In this document: positions 8,478 through 19,351 of the stretch, one piece after another
Numbering within the stretch: position 1 is the first letter of the stretch
Layout: each line of letters starts with the position of its first letter
Source of the DNA: Bryobacterales bacterium
GTDB taxonomy: Bacteria; Acidobacteriota; Terriglobia; Bryobacterales; UBA6623
Reading direction: 5' to 3'
Length of the DNA: 64,000 nt
Assembly (NCBI GenBank): GCA_965204435.1
Contig: OZ241997.1
Coordinates: 5,817,132 to 5,881,131, forward strand
Program-made: the position numbers and the translations under genes
Notes under the pieces: model-generated
Databases searched by the model: none
What the model saw: the letters and a program-made list of their open reading frames with translations, nothing else
What the model was told of the DNA's origin: nothing

Positions 8478-9857
8478 TCAGATGCCCTCGGTTTGTCCGA
8501 GCAATTCGAGGAAACGGCCGGTCGATGCGATGCCCATGTGAAAATTCCGTAGGCTGAACTTCTCGTTGGGCGCGTGTAGCGCGTCATCAGGCAGTCCGTA
8601 GCCCATCAGTGCAGTCGGTATGCCCAAGTGCTCCTGGAAGTCGCCCACCACGGGGATGGACCCGCCGGAGCGGATGAACACTGTCTCGCTCCCCCACACC
8701 TCTCCCAGCGCTCGGGCAGCGGTCGTAATGGCCGGGTGATCCGTCGGAGCGAGTGTGGCCGGGGCCGTGTGGATCAGGCGCACCTTGACCTCGATGCCCG
8801 CCGGGGCGTTTGCGGCGGCGAAGTCTTGCATGAGACCCAGGATCTCTTCCGGATTCTGGTCGGGGACCAGCCTCGCGCTGACCTTGGCCGTTGCGCTGGC
8901 AGGGATCACCGTCTTGGCGCCCGGTCCCATGAATCCCCCCGGAATGCCGTGAACCTCGAACGTAGGCCTTGCGCCGACGCGCTCGAATACGCTGTAGCCG
9001 GGCTCGCCGGTAAGCGTCGAAGCGCCGACCTCCGTGCGCCTGTAGCTGTCTTCGTCGAACGGGATGCGGTCCCAGCTGGCCTTCTCTGCTGCCGAAGGCG
9101 CTTGAACCCGGTCATAGAAGCCCGGAATCAGCACGCGGCCGCTTGCGTCCTTGCACTTGGCCAGCAGCTCGACGAGTCCGAAGACGGCGTTTGGAGCGAC
9201 CCCGCCGAAGAGGCCCGAGTGCAGGTCGCTCTCGGCACCCTTGGCGAGCCACTCGGTATAGACCATGCCGCGCAGACCCGTGCAGATGGTCGGGGTTTCC
9301 GGCGCATACATCGCCGTGTCGGAGACCAGGGCCGCGTCTGCGGCCAGCCGTTCTTTGTTGGAAGCGACGTAATTGGCTATCACTTCGCCCCCGACCTCTT
9401 CTTCGCCCTCGATCAAGAACTTCACGTTGACCGGGAGCTCCCCGTGAGCCTGACGAAGCGCTTCCAGCGCCTTGATGTTGGCCAAGACCTGGCCTTTGTC
9501 GTCGGAGGCGCCACGAGCATACACTTGGCCGTTGCGCACCGTGGGTTCGAACGGGGGCGAGTCCCACTCATCCAACGGGTCGACCGGCTGGACGTCGTAG
9601 TGGCCGTATAGCAGGATGGTGGGCTTGCCCGTGGCGCCAAGCCATTCGCCGTACACCAGAGGGTGCCCGCTGCCCTCGATCAATTCCACCGATTCGAGGC
9701 CCGCTTGACAGAGTTGCTGCTTGGCGAATTCGGCGGCCCGAGCAATGTCGGGCTTGTGCTCAGGCAGGGTGCTGATACTGGGGATGCGAACGAAATCGAA
9801 CAGCTCGTCCTCAAAGCGCGAGCGTTGCCGATCCGCGAAGTCTGAGAAGGATGGCAT
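8478..9857 (-). CDS. M20-family dipeptidase
   Basis: 459 aa. Contains LYGHYDVQPVDP and ARGASDDKG motifs of M20 metallopeptidases. Confidence 0.85.
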   Translation of the reverse strand: MPSFSDFADRQRSRFEDELFDFVRIPSISTLPEHKPDIARAAEFAKQQLCQAGLESVELIEGSGHPLVYGEWLGATGKPTILLYGHYDVQPVDPLDEWDSPPFEPTVRNGQVYARGASDDKGQVLANIKALEALRQAHGELPVNVKFLIEGEEEVGGEVIANYVASNKERLAADAALVSDTAMYAPETPTICTGLRGMVYTEWLAKGAESDLHSGLFGGVAPNAVFGLVELLAKCKDASGRVLIPGFYDRVQAPSAAEKASWDRIPFDEDSYRRTEVGASTLTGEPGYSVFERVGARPTFEVHGIPGGFMGPGAKTVIPASATAKVSARLVPDQNPEEILGLMQDFAAANAPAGIEVKVRLIHTAPATLAPTDHPAITTAARALGEVWGSETVFIRSGGSIPVVGDFQEHLGIPTALMGYGLPDDALHAPNEKFSLRNFHMGIASTGRFLELLGQTEGI

Positions 9858-10071
9858 GAATCCTCAGGATACCGGTCGTTCCGATTCAAGCCGCGTTCGA
9901 CGGGGCTCGGGCTGCGCAGTTTTGGTGTACCCAGGGCTGCCGATCTCCGCTTGACCAGCTTCATCGCTCCATAGACCGCTCAATTCGGCCCGTGCTAAGT
10001 GAAGGCCTTCTCGAAGAGAGGCGGCACGGTGCCGCTCCCGGCGGGCGTGCCAAGATGGGATTCGTACCTGC

Positions 10072-11145
10072 ATGAAGACCGCCATCATTGGCTTGCCCCA
10101 AGTCGGCAAGACATCGCTGTTCAAGATTCTTACCGGCGTTGCGGCAGAGAGCAGGGTCGGAGCCACCAAGGTCCAGCTTGGGATTGCAAGGGTGCCGGAC
10201 GCGCGGCTTGACGCCTTAGCCGAGACTTTCGCGCCTCGCAAGGTCACGCCCGCCACGGTGGAATACGCCGACATGCCGGGGCTCTCGCGAGAGACGCTGC
10301 GCGAGCCGAGCTACATCGGCAGCCTGCGCACGGTCGATGCTTTCGCCCATGTCCTGCGGCTGTTCGACGATGACACCGTGATGCATGTCGAGGGCAGTCT
10401 GGACCCATTGCGCGATTGGGCCAACATCGACCTCGAACTCGTGTTGAATGATCTACAGGTGGTGGAAAACCGCCTCGCGCGTTTGGCCAAGGATCTCAAG
10501 CGGGGGAGAGATGCGAACCTGCAGGCCGAACACGACCTGCTACAGCAGTGCCGCGCATGGCTGGAACAGGAACAGCCGCTCCGCCAAATGGAACTAGGCG
10601 CCGATCAGGCCAAGCTCCTAAAGGGCTTTCAGTTCCTGTCCGAGAAGCCGATGCTGCTCGTGCTCAATATCGGCGAGGAGCGGACGGACGAAATGGAGCG
10701 ATTGCAAGCCCGGTACGAGGCCGAGCTTGTTCAGGGGCGCAAGAACCTGGCGCTCTCTACCGTTTGCGGCAGTGTCGAATCGGAGCTGGTGGATCTTGAC
10801 GAGGACGACCGCCAAGAGTATCTCGAAAGCTACGGGCTTGCGAGTTCGGGCATCGAGCGTCTCGTGGCGGCGACCTACGATCTGCTGGGGCTGATGTCGT
10901 TTCTCACGGCCGGAGAAACCGAGTGTCGCGCTTGGACCATTCGGCGGGGGGCCACGGCCGTCTTGGCCGCGGGCACGGTCCATACCGACTTCGCCAAGCG
11001 CTTCATACGGGCCGAGACGATCCAGTGGGACGGTCTCGTCTCGCACGGCGGCTATACCAAGGCCAAGGAAAGCGGCGAGTTACGCCTTGAGGGCAAGGAC
11101 TACGTCGTCCAAGACGGGGACGTTCTGGTGTTCCGGCACGGTTGA
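10072..11145 (+). CDS. ychF: YchF-like P-loop GTPase/ATPase (DUF933 C-terminus)
   Basis: 357 aa. Has a G1 motif GLPQVGKTSLF and a C-terminal TGS/DUF933-like FLTAGETECRAWTIRRG...TVHTDFAKRFIRAE. Confidence 0.75.
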   Translation: MKTAIIGLPQVGKTSLFKILTGVAAESRVGATKVQLGIARVPDARLDALAETFAPRKVTPATVEYADMPGLSRETLREPSYIGSLRTVDAFAHVLRLFDDDTVMHVEGSLDPLRDWANIDLELVLNDLQVVENRLARLAKDLKRGRDANLQAEHDLLQQCRAWLEQEQPLRQMELGADQAKLLKGFQFLSEKPMLLVLNIGEERTDEMERLQARYEAELVQGRKNLALSTVCGSVESELVDLDEDDRQEYLESYGLASSGIERLVAATYDLLGLMSFLTAGETECRAWTIRRGATAVLAAGTVHTDFAKRFIRAETIQWDGLVSHGGYTKAKESGELRLEGKDYVVQDGDVLVFRHG

Positions 11146-11166
11146 CACGGTCGTCAACCGCGCCGC

Positions 11167-11685
11167 TCAGCGCGGGTCGCGGACGAAACCGTCCCGATTC
11201 GGCATGACGACCTGAGGCAGGCTCTCGCGATCCAAGACATCGTCCTCGCCCACCAACCCGTTCAAGTACAGGACGTACGCGGTCACGGCGTAGACTTGGT
11301 CGGCGGTCAACGTCCCAGGCTCTTCGAACGGCATAGCGCGGCGCGTGTAGTCGAACAATGTTGTAGCGTACGGCCAGTAGCTGCCAACCGTCTTGACCGG
11401 CGGAGTCTCCTTGAGCTGTTCAGGATTGCCTATCAGTGCGGCATGGTCGCCACCCACGCCCTCTTCGCCGTGGCATTCCTTGCAGCGCACTTCATAAACC
11501 TGTGCGCCGTCCTTTGCGGTGCCGCTGCCCTCAGGCAGCTCGTGCCCTTCCGGGCCAATCGTCACATCCCAAGCGGCAACTTCTTCCGCACTGGCCGGGC
11601 GTCCCACTCCGTAGGACTGGGCTGAGACCACAGCCGCTCCCAGGCCGAGCAGAATCGAAACCGACAGCAAACTAGGCTTCAGCAT
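11167..11685 (-). CDS. Monoheme c-type cytochrome, SoxD/SorB-like partner of the molybdoenzyme
   Basis: 172 aa with a signal peptide and a single CKECHG heme-binding motif. Its start overlaps the upstream gene end by 14 nt. Confidence 0.75.
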   Translation of the reverse strand: MLKPSLLSVSILLGLGAAVVSAQSYGVGRPASAEEVAAWDVTIGPEGHELPEGSGTAKDGAQVYEVRCKECHGEEGVGGDHAALIGNPEQLKETPPVKTVGSYWPYATTLFDYTRRAMPFEEPGTLTADQVYAVTAYVLYLNGLVGEDDVLDRESLPQVVMPNRDGFVRDPR

Positions 11686-12895
11686 TGGTCACGCTCCCAT
11701 CGGCGGCGATCCGCCAGCCCTTGATCCGATTGCAGTGGTAGGCGGATTTCCGGCCGCGCTCTTCGATCAGCTCCGCCCGCCCGGGTTGCAGGTAGCCGGA
11801 TTCGTCGCGGCAGCGCGACAGCAGCACGGTCTCGCTTCCATCCCATTCCCACGGCAGCCGAAAGCGCGTGAACGCCTTCGAATAGACCGGAGTCTGCAGT
11901 TCCGCTTCAGTCCAGGTCTGACCGCCGTCGGTGGAGACTTCCGCCTGGGTGATCTTGCCCCGTCCCGACCAAGCCAGCCCGGAGATCTCCAAGAATCCCG
12001 GTCCGTCGATCGCGTGTCCGCCCGAGGGCGCTGTAATGACCGACTTGGCGTCCATCTCGAACGTAAAGATCCAAGCGGTGCCGTCTTCCATCAGCTCGGT
12101 GTACTTGGATGTCTCGTCCTTGACGTACTGCGGCCCAGCGGTCAATTTGATGCGTCGGAGCCACTTGACGTTGGTGTTGCCCTCCCAGCCCGGCAGGATC
12201 AGCCGCATCGGATAACCCTGCTCTGGACGGATCGCCTCTCCGTTCTGTCCATAGGCGACGATGCCGTCTTCCAGCGCCTTTTCGAGGGTGGCGCTGCGTT
12301 GCATCAGGCAGGCATCGGCACCTTCTGCGAGAATCCATTTCGCTTCCGCTTGAATGCCGGCTTCTTCAAGCAGGGTTCGCAGCGGGACGCCCGTCCATTC
12401 GCTGCAGCTGGCTAGGCCATGACTGAGTTGAACTGTTGGAGCCCCGGCCGGGCTCCATTCTCCGCCGCTATTCCCGGAACACTCGACAAAGTGGACCCTC
12501 GAGACTGACGGCAGCCGCTTGATGTCTTCAACGGTAAATGCCATCGGACGGTCCACCAGCCCGTGGACGAGCAGCTTGTGCGTCGCCGGGTCAATTTCCG
12601 GCACGCCCGCATGGTGGCGTTCGAAGTGCAATGCCGAAGGCGTGATGATGCCGTAGGTCTGATCCAGCGGCGTCCTTGACGATGCCGCCTCGGGAGTCTG
12701 GCTTTCGCGCACTCCCCGCGCGGCCTTCTCGTACGGGCTGCGCTGCCCGTAGCGCCTCACGGGCGTACCCAGAGACGATGGTTGGTCCGGCTCCGCCGGT
12801 GCCTGGGCCTCGGGTGCGCTGCAGGCGGTCCACGCCGCGCCCGCGAGCGCGCCGGTGCCGAGAAACGACCTACGGGTTGCGTCTCGTGGTTTCAT
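11672..12895 (-). CDS. Sulfite-oxidase-family molybdopterin oxidoreductase (SoxC/SorA-type)
   Basis: TAT signal MKPRDATRRSFLGTGALAGA from ATG 12895. Contains ITPSALHFERHHAGVPEIDP...FVECSGNSGGEW, typical of SoxC/SorA. Confidence 0.85.
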   Translation of the reverse strand: MKPRDATRRSFLGTGALAGAAWTACSAPEAQAPAEPDQPSSLGTPVRRYGQRSPYEKAARGVRESQTPEAASSRTPLDQTYGIITPSALHFERHHAGVPEIDPATHKLLVHGLVDRPMAFTVEDIKRLPSVSRVHFVECSGNSGGEWSPAGAPTVQLSHGLASCSEWTGVPLRTLLEEAGIQAEAKWILAEGADACLMQRSATLEKALEDGIVAYGQNGEAIRPEQGYPMRLILPGWEGNTNVKWLRRIKLTAGPQYVKDETSKYTELMEDGTAWIFTFEMDAKSVITAPSGGHAIDGPGFLEISGLAWSGRGKITQAEVSTDGGQTWTEAELQTPVYSKAFTRFRLPWEWDGSETVLLSRCRDESGYLQPGRAELIEERGRKSAYHCNRIKGWRIAADGSVTNAEA

Positions 12896-13094
12896 GAGTG
12901 GCTTGATTCTAGCGCGGGTGACTCGCGAGTGCCGGTCTGGCCACGTCAGAGCCAGCGTCATTGCAAGCGGGCGCAGGCCTGAATGGGGTTCGAGTTGAGA
13001 GCATGTCAAAGTCTGCGCTGATCACCCTGGATTCGGGCCGTTGATTGGAGTTGCCCGTCGTTTCGACTCCTGATCAGCGCTCGGTGTCTGTAAG

Positions 13095-16007
13095 ATGGAC
13101 TTGGCAATGTGCCGTCCTGGCAATCTTGGTGCGGGGCTCGCCGTCGTGGCGGCGTGGTGCGTTGCCTTTAGCGCCCAAGGCTCAGACTTCGAGTCAAGCG
13201 TACTCCCTATCTTGGAGCGGCGGTGCGTGGCTTGTCATGGCGAACAGCCGCAAGGCGGGCTCAAGCTCGACACCCAGCGACACATCTTGGAAGGAGGGCA
13301 ATCGGGGGCCGCGGTGGTGCCCGGATATCCGGATCGCAGCTTGCTGCTGGCCAAGGTGGTCTCAGGGCAAATGCCAATGGGGGGTGAGAAACTGCCCGAG
13401 TCAGAGATCGACACGATCCGCCAATGGATAGATGAGGCTGGCCGGTCTGCGGCGGTCACGGCGGAGTTGCGCACGGCTGAATCCCATGTGCTGCCGATCT
13501 TCCAGATGCGTTGTCAAGTCTGCCATGGCAAGCGAAAACAGGAAGGTGGCTTGGACCTGCGCACGATGGCCTCGCGCCTGAAAGGCGGTGAGTCCGGGCC
13601 CGCCCTAGTGCCTGGCAAGCCGGAGGAAAGTCTCTTGCTGCAGCGCATCGAGCGTGGCGAGATGCCCCCGCCGGAAATGCTCTTCGAGAACCATGTCAAG
13701 ACGCCGACCGACGCTGAGGTTGCTTTATTGCGGAAATGGATCGCCGAAGGAGCGCTGCCGTCTGAGAATGACGAACCCGTCGCGGACCACCCGCTAAGCG
13801 CTGAGGAACTCTCTCACTGGGCGTTTCAGACTCCGGTGCGGCCAGAGCCGCCGGAAGTGCAGAACGCTGCTAGGGTGCGCAATCCGATCGACGCCTTCAT
13901 TTTGCAAGAGCTTGAAGCCAAGGGTCTCGCCCTGTCGTCTGAAGCCAGCCCTAGAGCCCTGCTGCGCCGCGCCTATCTGGACCTGACGGGCATGCCGCCG
14001 ACGCTCGAACAAATTCGCGCCTTTGCCGACGAATCGGGGCCCGGCGCATACGAGCGGCTGGTCGACCAGCTGCTTGATTCACAGGAATATGGAGAGCGCT
14101 GGGCGCAGGTCTGGCTGGATTTGGCGGGCTATGCCGATTCGGAGGGCGTGATCGACGAGGACAGGCTGCGGTTGCACGCTTGGCGCTACCGCGACTACGT
14201 GATTCGTGCCCTCAACAGCGACAAGCCCTACGATCGCTTCCTGATCGAGCAGTTGGCAGGCGACGAGATAATTGACTACGCGAGCCTTGAAAGCGTTACC
14301 CAAGAGCATGTCGACACGCTCGCCGCCACGGGCTTTTTGCGCATGACTCCAGACGGCACTTACGGCTCCGCCACTGGATCAATCGCCGAGCGCTTCACTG
14401 TGGTTGCGGATGAGATCGAGGTGCTGAGTTCCGCGGTCATGGGAGTCACCGTAGGGTGTGCCCGCTGTCACGATCACAAGTACGACCCACTCTCCCAGCG
14501 GGAGTACTACAGCCTTGGGGCGGTGTTTCAGTCGGCGCTCGACCCGTATGACTGGTTGGATCCCACCGAGCGTTTCCTTGAAGTCGGCCTGGCTTCCGAG
14601 CAAGAGGCCGCTGCCGCCGCGAATGCTCCGCTAGAGGCTGAGATCGAGCAGTTGCAAGCCGAGTTCGATGCATTGGTGACGCCGTTCTTCGAACGTGAAC
14701 TTGAGCGGCGGTTGGCTGAGTTGCCAGCGGATCTGCGAGAGGGCTTGAGGGAAGTGGCGAACACTCCGCGCAAGATGCGGACCGCCGCTCAGAAGAGGCT
14801 TGCCGGCGAGCACAGAGACTTGCTACAGATTCCCAATGCCGATGGCGAATGGCACCAGATCGCCGAGGCCTTTCCGGAACTGAAGGACACCGCCGGGCCG
14901 GTCAACACCAAGATCAAGGAACTGAAGGACCAGCTAATCCCTACGCCGAAGATTCGGGCCGTGTTTGACATGGGAGGCGAGCCATCGCGCACCTACCTGC
15001 TGCAGCGTGGTGATGCGCAGGCAATCGGGGAGCGCGTTGCGCCCGCTGTGCCGCGTATGCTCGCGGCTCGCACCGCGCCGCTAAATCCCGCGCCTACCAG
15101 GGCGGGCACCAGCGGGAACCGCCTGGCATTCGCGCGCTGGCTCACCGACCCCGAGCATCCTCTGACCTCGCGGGTAATGGTCAACCGCATCTGGCTCGGC
15201 CACTTCGGACGGGGCATCGTCTCCACGCCCTCGAACTTCGGCCTTACCGGGGCGACCCCCTCGCATCCCGAGTTGCTGGATTGGCTGGCGACTGAATTCG
15301 TACGCCGGGGGTGGAGCATCAAGGCCATGCATCGGCTAATCATGACATCCGCCACGTATCGGCAGACGTCCCGAGTTTCCGAGGAATCTGCCTCTGCTGA
15401 TCCTGAGAACCTCCTTCTGTCACGCATGCCATTGCGGCGTATGGATGCCGAATCCTTGCACGATTCGATCCTGCGTACGACCGGCAGATTGGATGCGAAA
15501 CGCTTCGGGCGTCCGGTCAAGGTCACCAAGAAAGAGAATGGCGAGATCGTTCCCGAGGCAACTGAAGATGGTTGGCGGCGGGCTGTCTATGTGCTGCGGA
15601 AACGGCGCACGCCGGTCACCTTGCTAGAGGTGTTCGACGCACCGAAGCCGGCGCCGAACTGCACTGAGCGACGAGAGTCCAACGTTGCGCCGCAAGCGCT
15701 CCAGATGATGAACGGTGAGGCGGCCCTCGAACACGCCAGGTTCTTAGCGGGTCGACTGATTGACGAGCACCCTGGCGATCGTGCGTCACAGGTTTCGGAA
15801 GCGTACGAGCGCATCTTGTCGCGACCGCCCACCGATGCCGAAACCGATCTGGCGATGAAGGACTTAGAATCCTTGGACCAGCACTGGGTAGCCCACCTTG
15901 AGACGACAAAGCATCCCGGCCCTCGCCGCGAGGCGGCGCGCTGGATGGCCTTGGGTTCGTTCGCCCACGCCCTGCTGAACTCGGCAGAATTCCTGTACAT
16001 CGATTGA
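13095..16007 (+). CDS. PSCyt/DUF1549/DUF1553 protein (Planctomycete-type cytochrome c domains)
   Basis: 970 aa. Two N-terminal CxxCH motifs (CVACHG, CQVCHG), a CARCHDHKYDP motif, and a DUF1553-like C-terminus. Confidence 0.85.
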   Translation: MDLAMCRPGNLGAGLAVVAAWCVAFSAQGSDFESSVLPILERRCVACHGEQPQGGLKLDTQRHILEGGQSGAAVVPGYPDRSLLLAKVVSGQMPMGGEKLPESEIDTIRQWIDEAGRSAAVTAELRTAESHVLPIFQMRCQVCHGKRKQEGGLDLRTMASRLKGGESGPALVPGKPEESLLLQRIERGEMPPPEMLFENHVKTPTDAEVALLRKWIAEGALPSENDEPVADHPLSAEELSHWAFQTPVRPEPPEVQNAARVRNPIDAFILQELEAKGLALSSEASPRALLRRAYLDLTGMPPTLEQIRAFADESGPGAYERLVDQLLDSQEYGERWAQVWLDLAGYADSEGVIDEDRLRLHAWRYRDYVIRALNSDKPYDRFLIEQLAGDEIIDYASLESVTQEHVDTLAATGFLRMTPDGTYGSATGSIAERFTVVADEIEVLSSAVMGVTVGCARCHDHKYDPLSQREYYSLGAVFQSALDPYDWLDPTERFLEVGLASEQEAAAAANAPLEAEIEQLQAEFDALVTPFFERELERRLAELPADLREGLREVANTPRKMRTAAQKRLAGEHRDLLQIPNADGEWHQIAEAFPELKDTAGPVNTKIKELKDQLIPTPKIRAVFDMGGEPSRTYLLQRGDAQAIGERVAPAVPRMLAARTAPLNPAPTRAGTSGNRLAFARWLTDPEHPLTSRVMVNRIWLGHFGRGIVSTPSNFGLTGATPSHPELLDWLATEFVRRGWSIKAMHRLIMTSATYRQTSRVSEESASADPENLLLSRMPLRRMDAESLHDSILRTTGRLDAKRFGRPVKVTKKENGEIVPEATEDGWRRAVYVLRKRRTPVTLLEVFDAPKPAPNCTERRESNVAPQALQMMNGEAALEHARFLAGRLIDEHPGDRASQVSEAYERILSRPPTDAETDLAMKDLESLDQHWVAHLETTKHPGPRREAARWMALGSFAHALLNSAEFLYID

Positions 16008-16015
16008 GAACTGCC

Positions 16016-17434
16016 ATGCAACGCCCCTCTCGTCGCGACTTCTTCTCTCGCATCGGCGATGGCCTCCACGGGGCAGCGTTGGCATCGCTGCTAAGCAGTG
16101 ACCTCTTGGCCAGCGACGGACGTGCCACCTACGATCAGAAGCCGCGACAGCCGCATTTCGCGCCCAAGGCGAAGTCAGTCATTCACCTATTCATGAACGG
16201 TGGGCCGAGCCAGGTCGACCTGTTTGACCACAAGCCGGAACTGGAGAAACATGCTGGAGCCGCGGCTCCGCGCGATATCGCCAACCAACTCGAATTTACC
16301 GACGAAGTAGGCACGTTGATGCCTTCCCCGTACGGCTTCAGCCGACACGGCCAGTGTGGCATGGAGATTTCGGATCTCTTGCCGGGTCTCGGCAGCGTCG
16401 CGGATGACATCACGCTAGTCCGCTCGATGTACGGCGAGCATTTCAACCACGAACCGTCGTTGTACCTGATGCATTCCGGACGCACCCTGCCGGGGCGGCC
16501 CGCCTTGGGGGCTTGGGCAGTCTATGGGCTGGGAACCGAGAACCAAAACCTGCCGGGCTATATCGTTCTCGACGACCCGCTCGGCTATCCGATCAACGAT
16601 CTTCAGAATTGGCAGTCCGGATGGCTCCCGCAGGTCTACCAAGGCACGAAATTCCGTGCGGAAGGGCCACCGGTCTTGAACCTGCGGCGGGAGCAGGAGT
16701 TGCCTAGCCCGCTGATGGAAGCCGAGCGGGCGCTGGTGCGCCGACTGAACCTGGCCCATCGGGACGCTAGGCCGCTGCAGCCGCAACTAGATGCGCGCAT
16801 CGAAAGCTACGAACTGGCGGCCCGCATGCAGATGGCTGCGACCGACGTTGCTGATCTATCGTCCGAGAGCGAGGCGACGAAAGAGATGTACGGAATGAAC
16901 GACGAGCGGACGCGGGCCTACGGAGCGCGTCTGCTACTGGCGCGGCGCATGGTCGAGCGAGGCGTGCGCTTCGTGCAGGTTTTCATTGAGTACCAGATCT
17001 GGGACAACCACCTGAATCTAGATCGCGAGCTCGGCTATGCGTGCGCCAAGACCGACAAGCCAGTTGCGGCGCTGATCAAGGATCTGAAACAGCGCGGCCT
17101 GCTGGACTCCACCCTAGTGATCTGGGGCGGGGAATTTGGCCGCATGCCGGTGGCACAGGTCGGTCAGGCGGGCACTACTGGGCGTGACCATGGCCCGGCT
17201 GGCTTTAGCATTTGGATGGCCGGCGGGGGTGTCAAGGGCGGACATGTCCACGGTGCCACCGATGAGATCGGGCACAAGGCCGTCGAAGATCGCGTCAGCG
17301 TGCATGATTTCCACGCGACGATGCTGCACCTGCTGGGTCTCGACCCTGAGAAATTGGTCTTCAACGTCCATGGCCTCGAAGAGCGCCTCATCGGCCAGTA
17401 TCCGGCTCGCGTGGTCAAAGAGATTTTGGCCTAG
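16016..17434 (+). CDS. DUF1501 protein (TAT-exported, sulfatase-fold)
   Basis: MQRPSRRDFFSRIG twin-arginine signal and GGEFGRMP...GRDHGP. The alternative TTG start at 16004 overlaps the upstream stop. Confidence 0.85.
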   Translation: MQRPSRRDFFSRIGDGLHGAALASLLSSDLLASDGRATYDQKPRQPHFAPKAKSVIHLFMNGGPSQVDLFDHKPELEKHAGAAAPRDIANQLEFTDEVGTLMPSPYGFSRHGQCGMEISDLLPGLGSVADDITLVRSMYGEHFNHEPSLYLMHSGRTLPGRPALGAWAVYGLGTENQNLPGYIVLDDPLGYPINDLQNWQSGWLPQVYQGTKFRAEGPPVLNLRREQELPSPLMEAERALVRRLNLAHRDARPLQPQLDARIESYELAARMQMAATDVADLSSESEATKEMYGMNDERTRAYGARLLLARRMVERGVRFVQVFIEYQIWDNHLNLDRELGYACAKTDKPVAALIKDLKQRGLLDSTLVIWGGEFGRMPVAQVGQAGTTGRDHGPAGFSIWMAGGGVKGGHVHGATDEIGHKAVEDRVSVHDFHATMLHLLGLDPEKLVFNVHGLEERLIGQYPARVVKEILA

Positions 17435-17884
17435 CGGCCCTGTTCTCAGTGCGAGAATGTCAAGCTGAAGCTACGGGTTGCCGGGTGACCGAACGGCGAG
17501 ATCTCCTTGGGTCCCCACTGTGCCCCTCTGCCTCCCTGCTCAGCCTTCGGAGCAAACTTGTCGAGGGCTGCTACCACTTCGGTGAATAGTGTTCGCCGAA
17601 TACTGGCCTGTGCTACGTGGCCCGCGCGACTGCGCTTCTGACTTAGAGAGTGAGAATTAAAGCAACCGGCACTGATGGGGTACTCCTGCCTTCGCCGCGC
17701 TCTTCGGTTAGGGAAACGCTCGGTTGAGAGTCCAACTCACTCTCGCATCACCCAGCGTGGGAACTACGCTTGCAAGATTCGGCTTTCGAGTGAGCAAATG
17801 CGACGCTTGGGCAGCTTGTGGAGCCCAGCCGAGGGCCTTGATTCGGAGCCCACGACGATCTAACCGGGTCTGTATCCTTGTGTT

Positions 17885-19351
17885 GTGATTCGACGCGAAT
17901 TCCTCCAGTCCTCTCTTGCCGCCGCTAGCTCCACGCTTCTTCCGAGCTGTAGCGATTCCGGGCCAGAGCACGGGGCGGCCAAGCGACCGAATGTCGTTTT
18001 CATCCTCACCGATGACCAGCGCTGGGACTGCCTCTCGGCAGCTGGGCATCCGTTCCTAAAGACGCCCAATCTCGACCGGCTCGCCAACGAGGGTGTGAGG
18101 TTTGCCAACGCGTTCGTCACCACCTCGCTCTGTTCCCCTTCGCGGGCCAGCTTCCTTTCAGGACTCTACGCGCACTCGCACGGTGTGATGAACAACTTCA
18201 CCGAGTACCCCGCTGACTTGGCGAGTTTCCCCGTCGCCCTGCAGGATGCCGGCTACGAGACCGCCTATATCGGCAAGTGGCACATGGGCGAGGACAACGA
18301 CGAGAAGCGCCCTGGCTTCGACTACTGGATGAGCCACAAGGGCCAGGGCCAATACTGGGACACCACCTTCAACGTCAATGGCGAGCGTGGTGAGGTCAAG
18401 GGCTACTACTCGAACGTCGTCACGGACTTCGCCGTCGACTGGCTCGAACAGGAGCACGAAGAGCCGTTTCTTCTGTGTCTCGGCCACAAAGCGCCACACG
18501 GCGTCTGGATTCCCGATACGCCCTACGAGCATGTCTACGACGACCTTGAAGTGACCGAGCCCGAGACCGGGCGCCTACTCGAACCGCTGCCTGACTGGGT
18601 CGGCGAGCGCATCGAGACGTGGCACGGAATCGATGGCAACCTCTACGGGCTGGAGGACTTCGGCAAGTTTATCCGCAACTACCATGCGACGATCCTCTCG
18701 GTTGATGACTCGGTCGGCCGCATCTATGACGCACTCGAGCGGACGGGCAAACTCGATGAGACGCTGATCGTATTTGCCGGCGACAATGGATTCCTGCTGG
18801 GCGAACACGCCTCGATCGATAAGCGCACCATGTGGGAGGAGTCGATCCGCGTGCCGCTGCTGGTGCGCTATCCTCCACTGATCGATCAGCCGCGCGTCAT
18901 CGAGCAGCAAGTGCTGAACCTAGACGTCGCGCCTTCGATTGTCGACATCTGCGGGCTACCGCCGCTTGGCGACATCCACGGTCGCAGCTTCAAGCAACTC
19001 GTCAGCACGGGTGAAGATCCGGGTTGGCGCAAGAGTTGGCTTTACGAGTACAACTTCGAGACCCAGTTCCCGTACACGCCGAACGTGCGCGGCGTTCGCA
19101 CAGACGAGTGGAAGTACGTCCACTACCCCAACGGCGAAGGCCGACCCGAAACCCACAAGGCCGAACTTTATCGCGTTGCTGACGATCCGCTCGAGAAGCG
19201 CAACCTCATTGACGACCTGGTGCATGCCGACAAGCTGGCCGAGCTCCAGGCTGAGCTTGAAAGGCTCAAGCGGGAGACCGGTGCGGTTCCGGATGAGATG
19301 CCTGCCGACCCGGAACTGCGGATGGAACTGCCCGACAAGGACATTCGCTAG
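17885..19351 (+). CDS. Sulfatase (Cys-type)
   Basis: 488 aa. RREFL signal with lipobox-like LLPSCS. Contains PNVVFILTDDQR and CSPSRASFLSG. Confidence 0.9.
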   Translation: MIRREFLQSSLAAASSTLLPSCSDSGPEHGAAKRPNVVFILTDDQRWDCLSAAGHPFLKTPNLDRLANEGVRFANAFVTTSLCSPSRASFLSGLYAHSHGVMNNFTEYPADLASFPVALQDAGYETAYIGKWHMGEDNDEKRPGFDYWMSHKGQGQYWDTTFNVNGERGEVKGYYSNVVTDFAVDWLEQEHEEPFLLCLGHKAPHGVWIPDTPYEHVYDDLEVTEPETGRLLEPLPDWVGERIETWHGIDGNLYGLEDFGKFIRNYHATILSVDDSVGRIYDALERTGKLDETLIVFAGDNGFLLGEHASIDKRTMWEESIRVPLLVRYPPLIDQPRVIEQQVLNLDVAPSIVDICGLPPLGDIHGRSFKQLVSTGEDPGWRKSWLYEYNFETQFPYTPNVRGVRTDEWKYVHYPNGEGRPETHKAELYRVADDPLEKRNLIDDLVHADKLAELQAELERLKRETGAVPDEMPADPELRMELPDKDIR

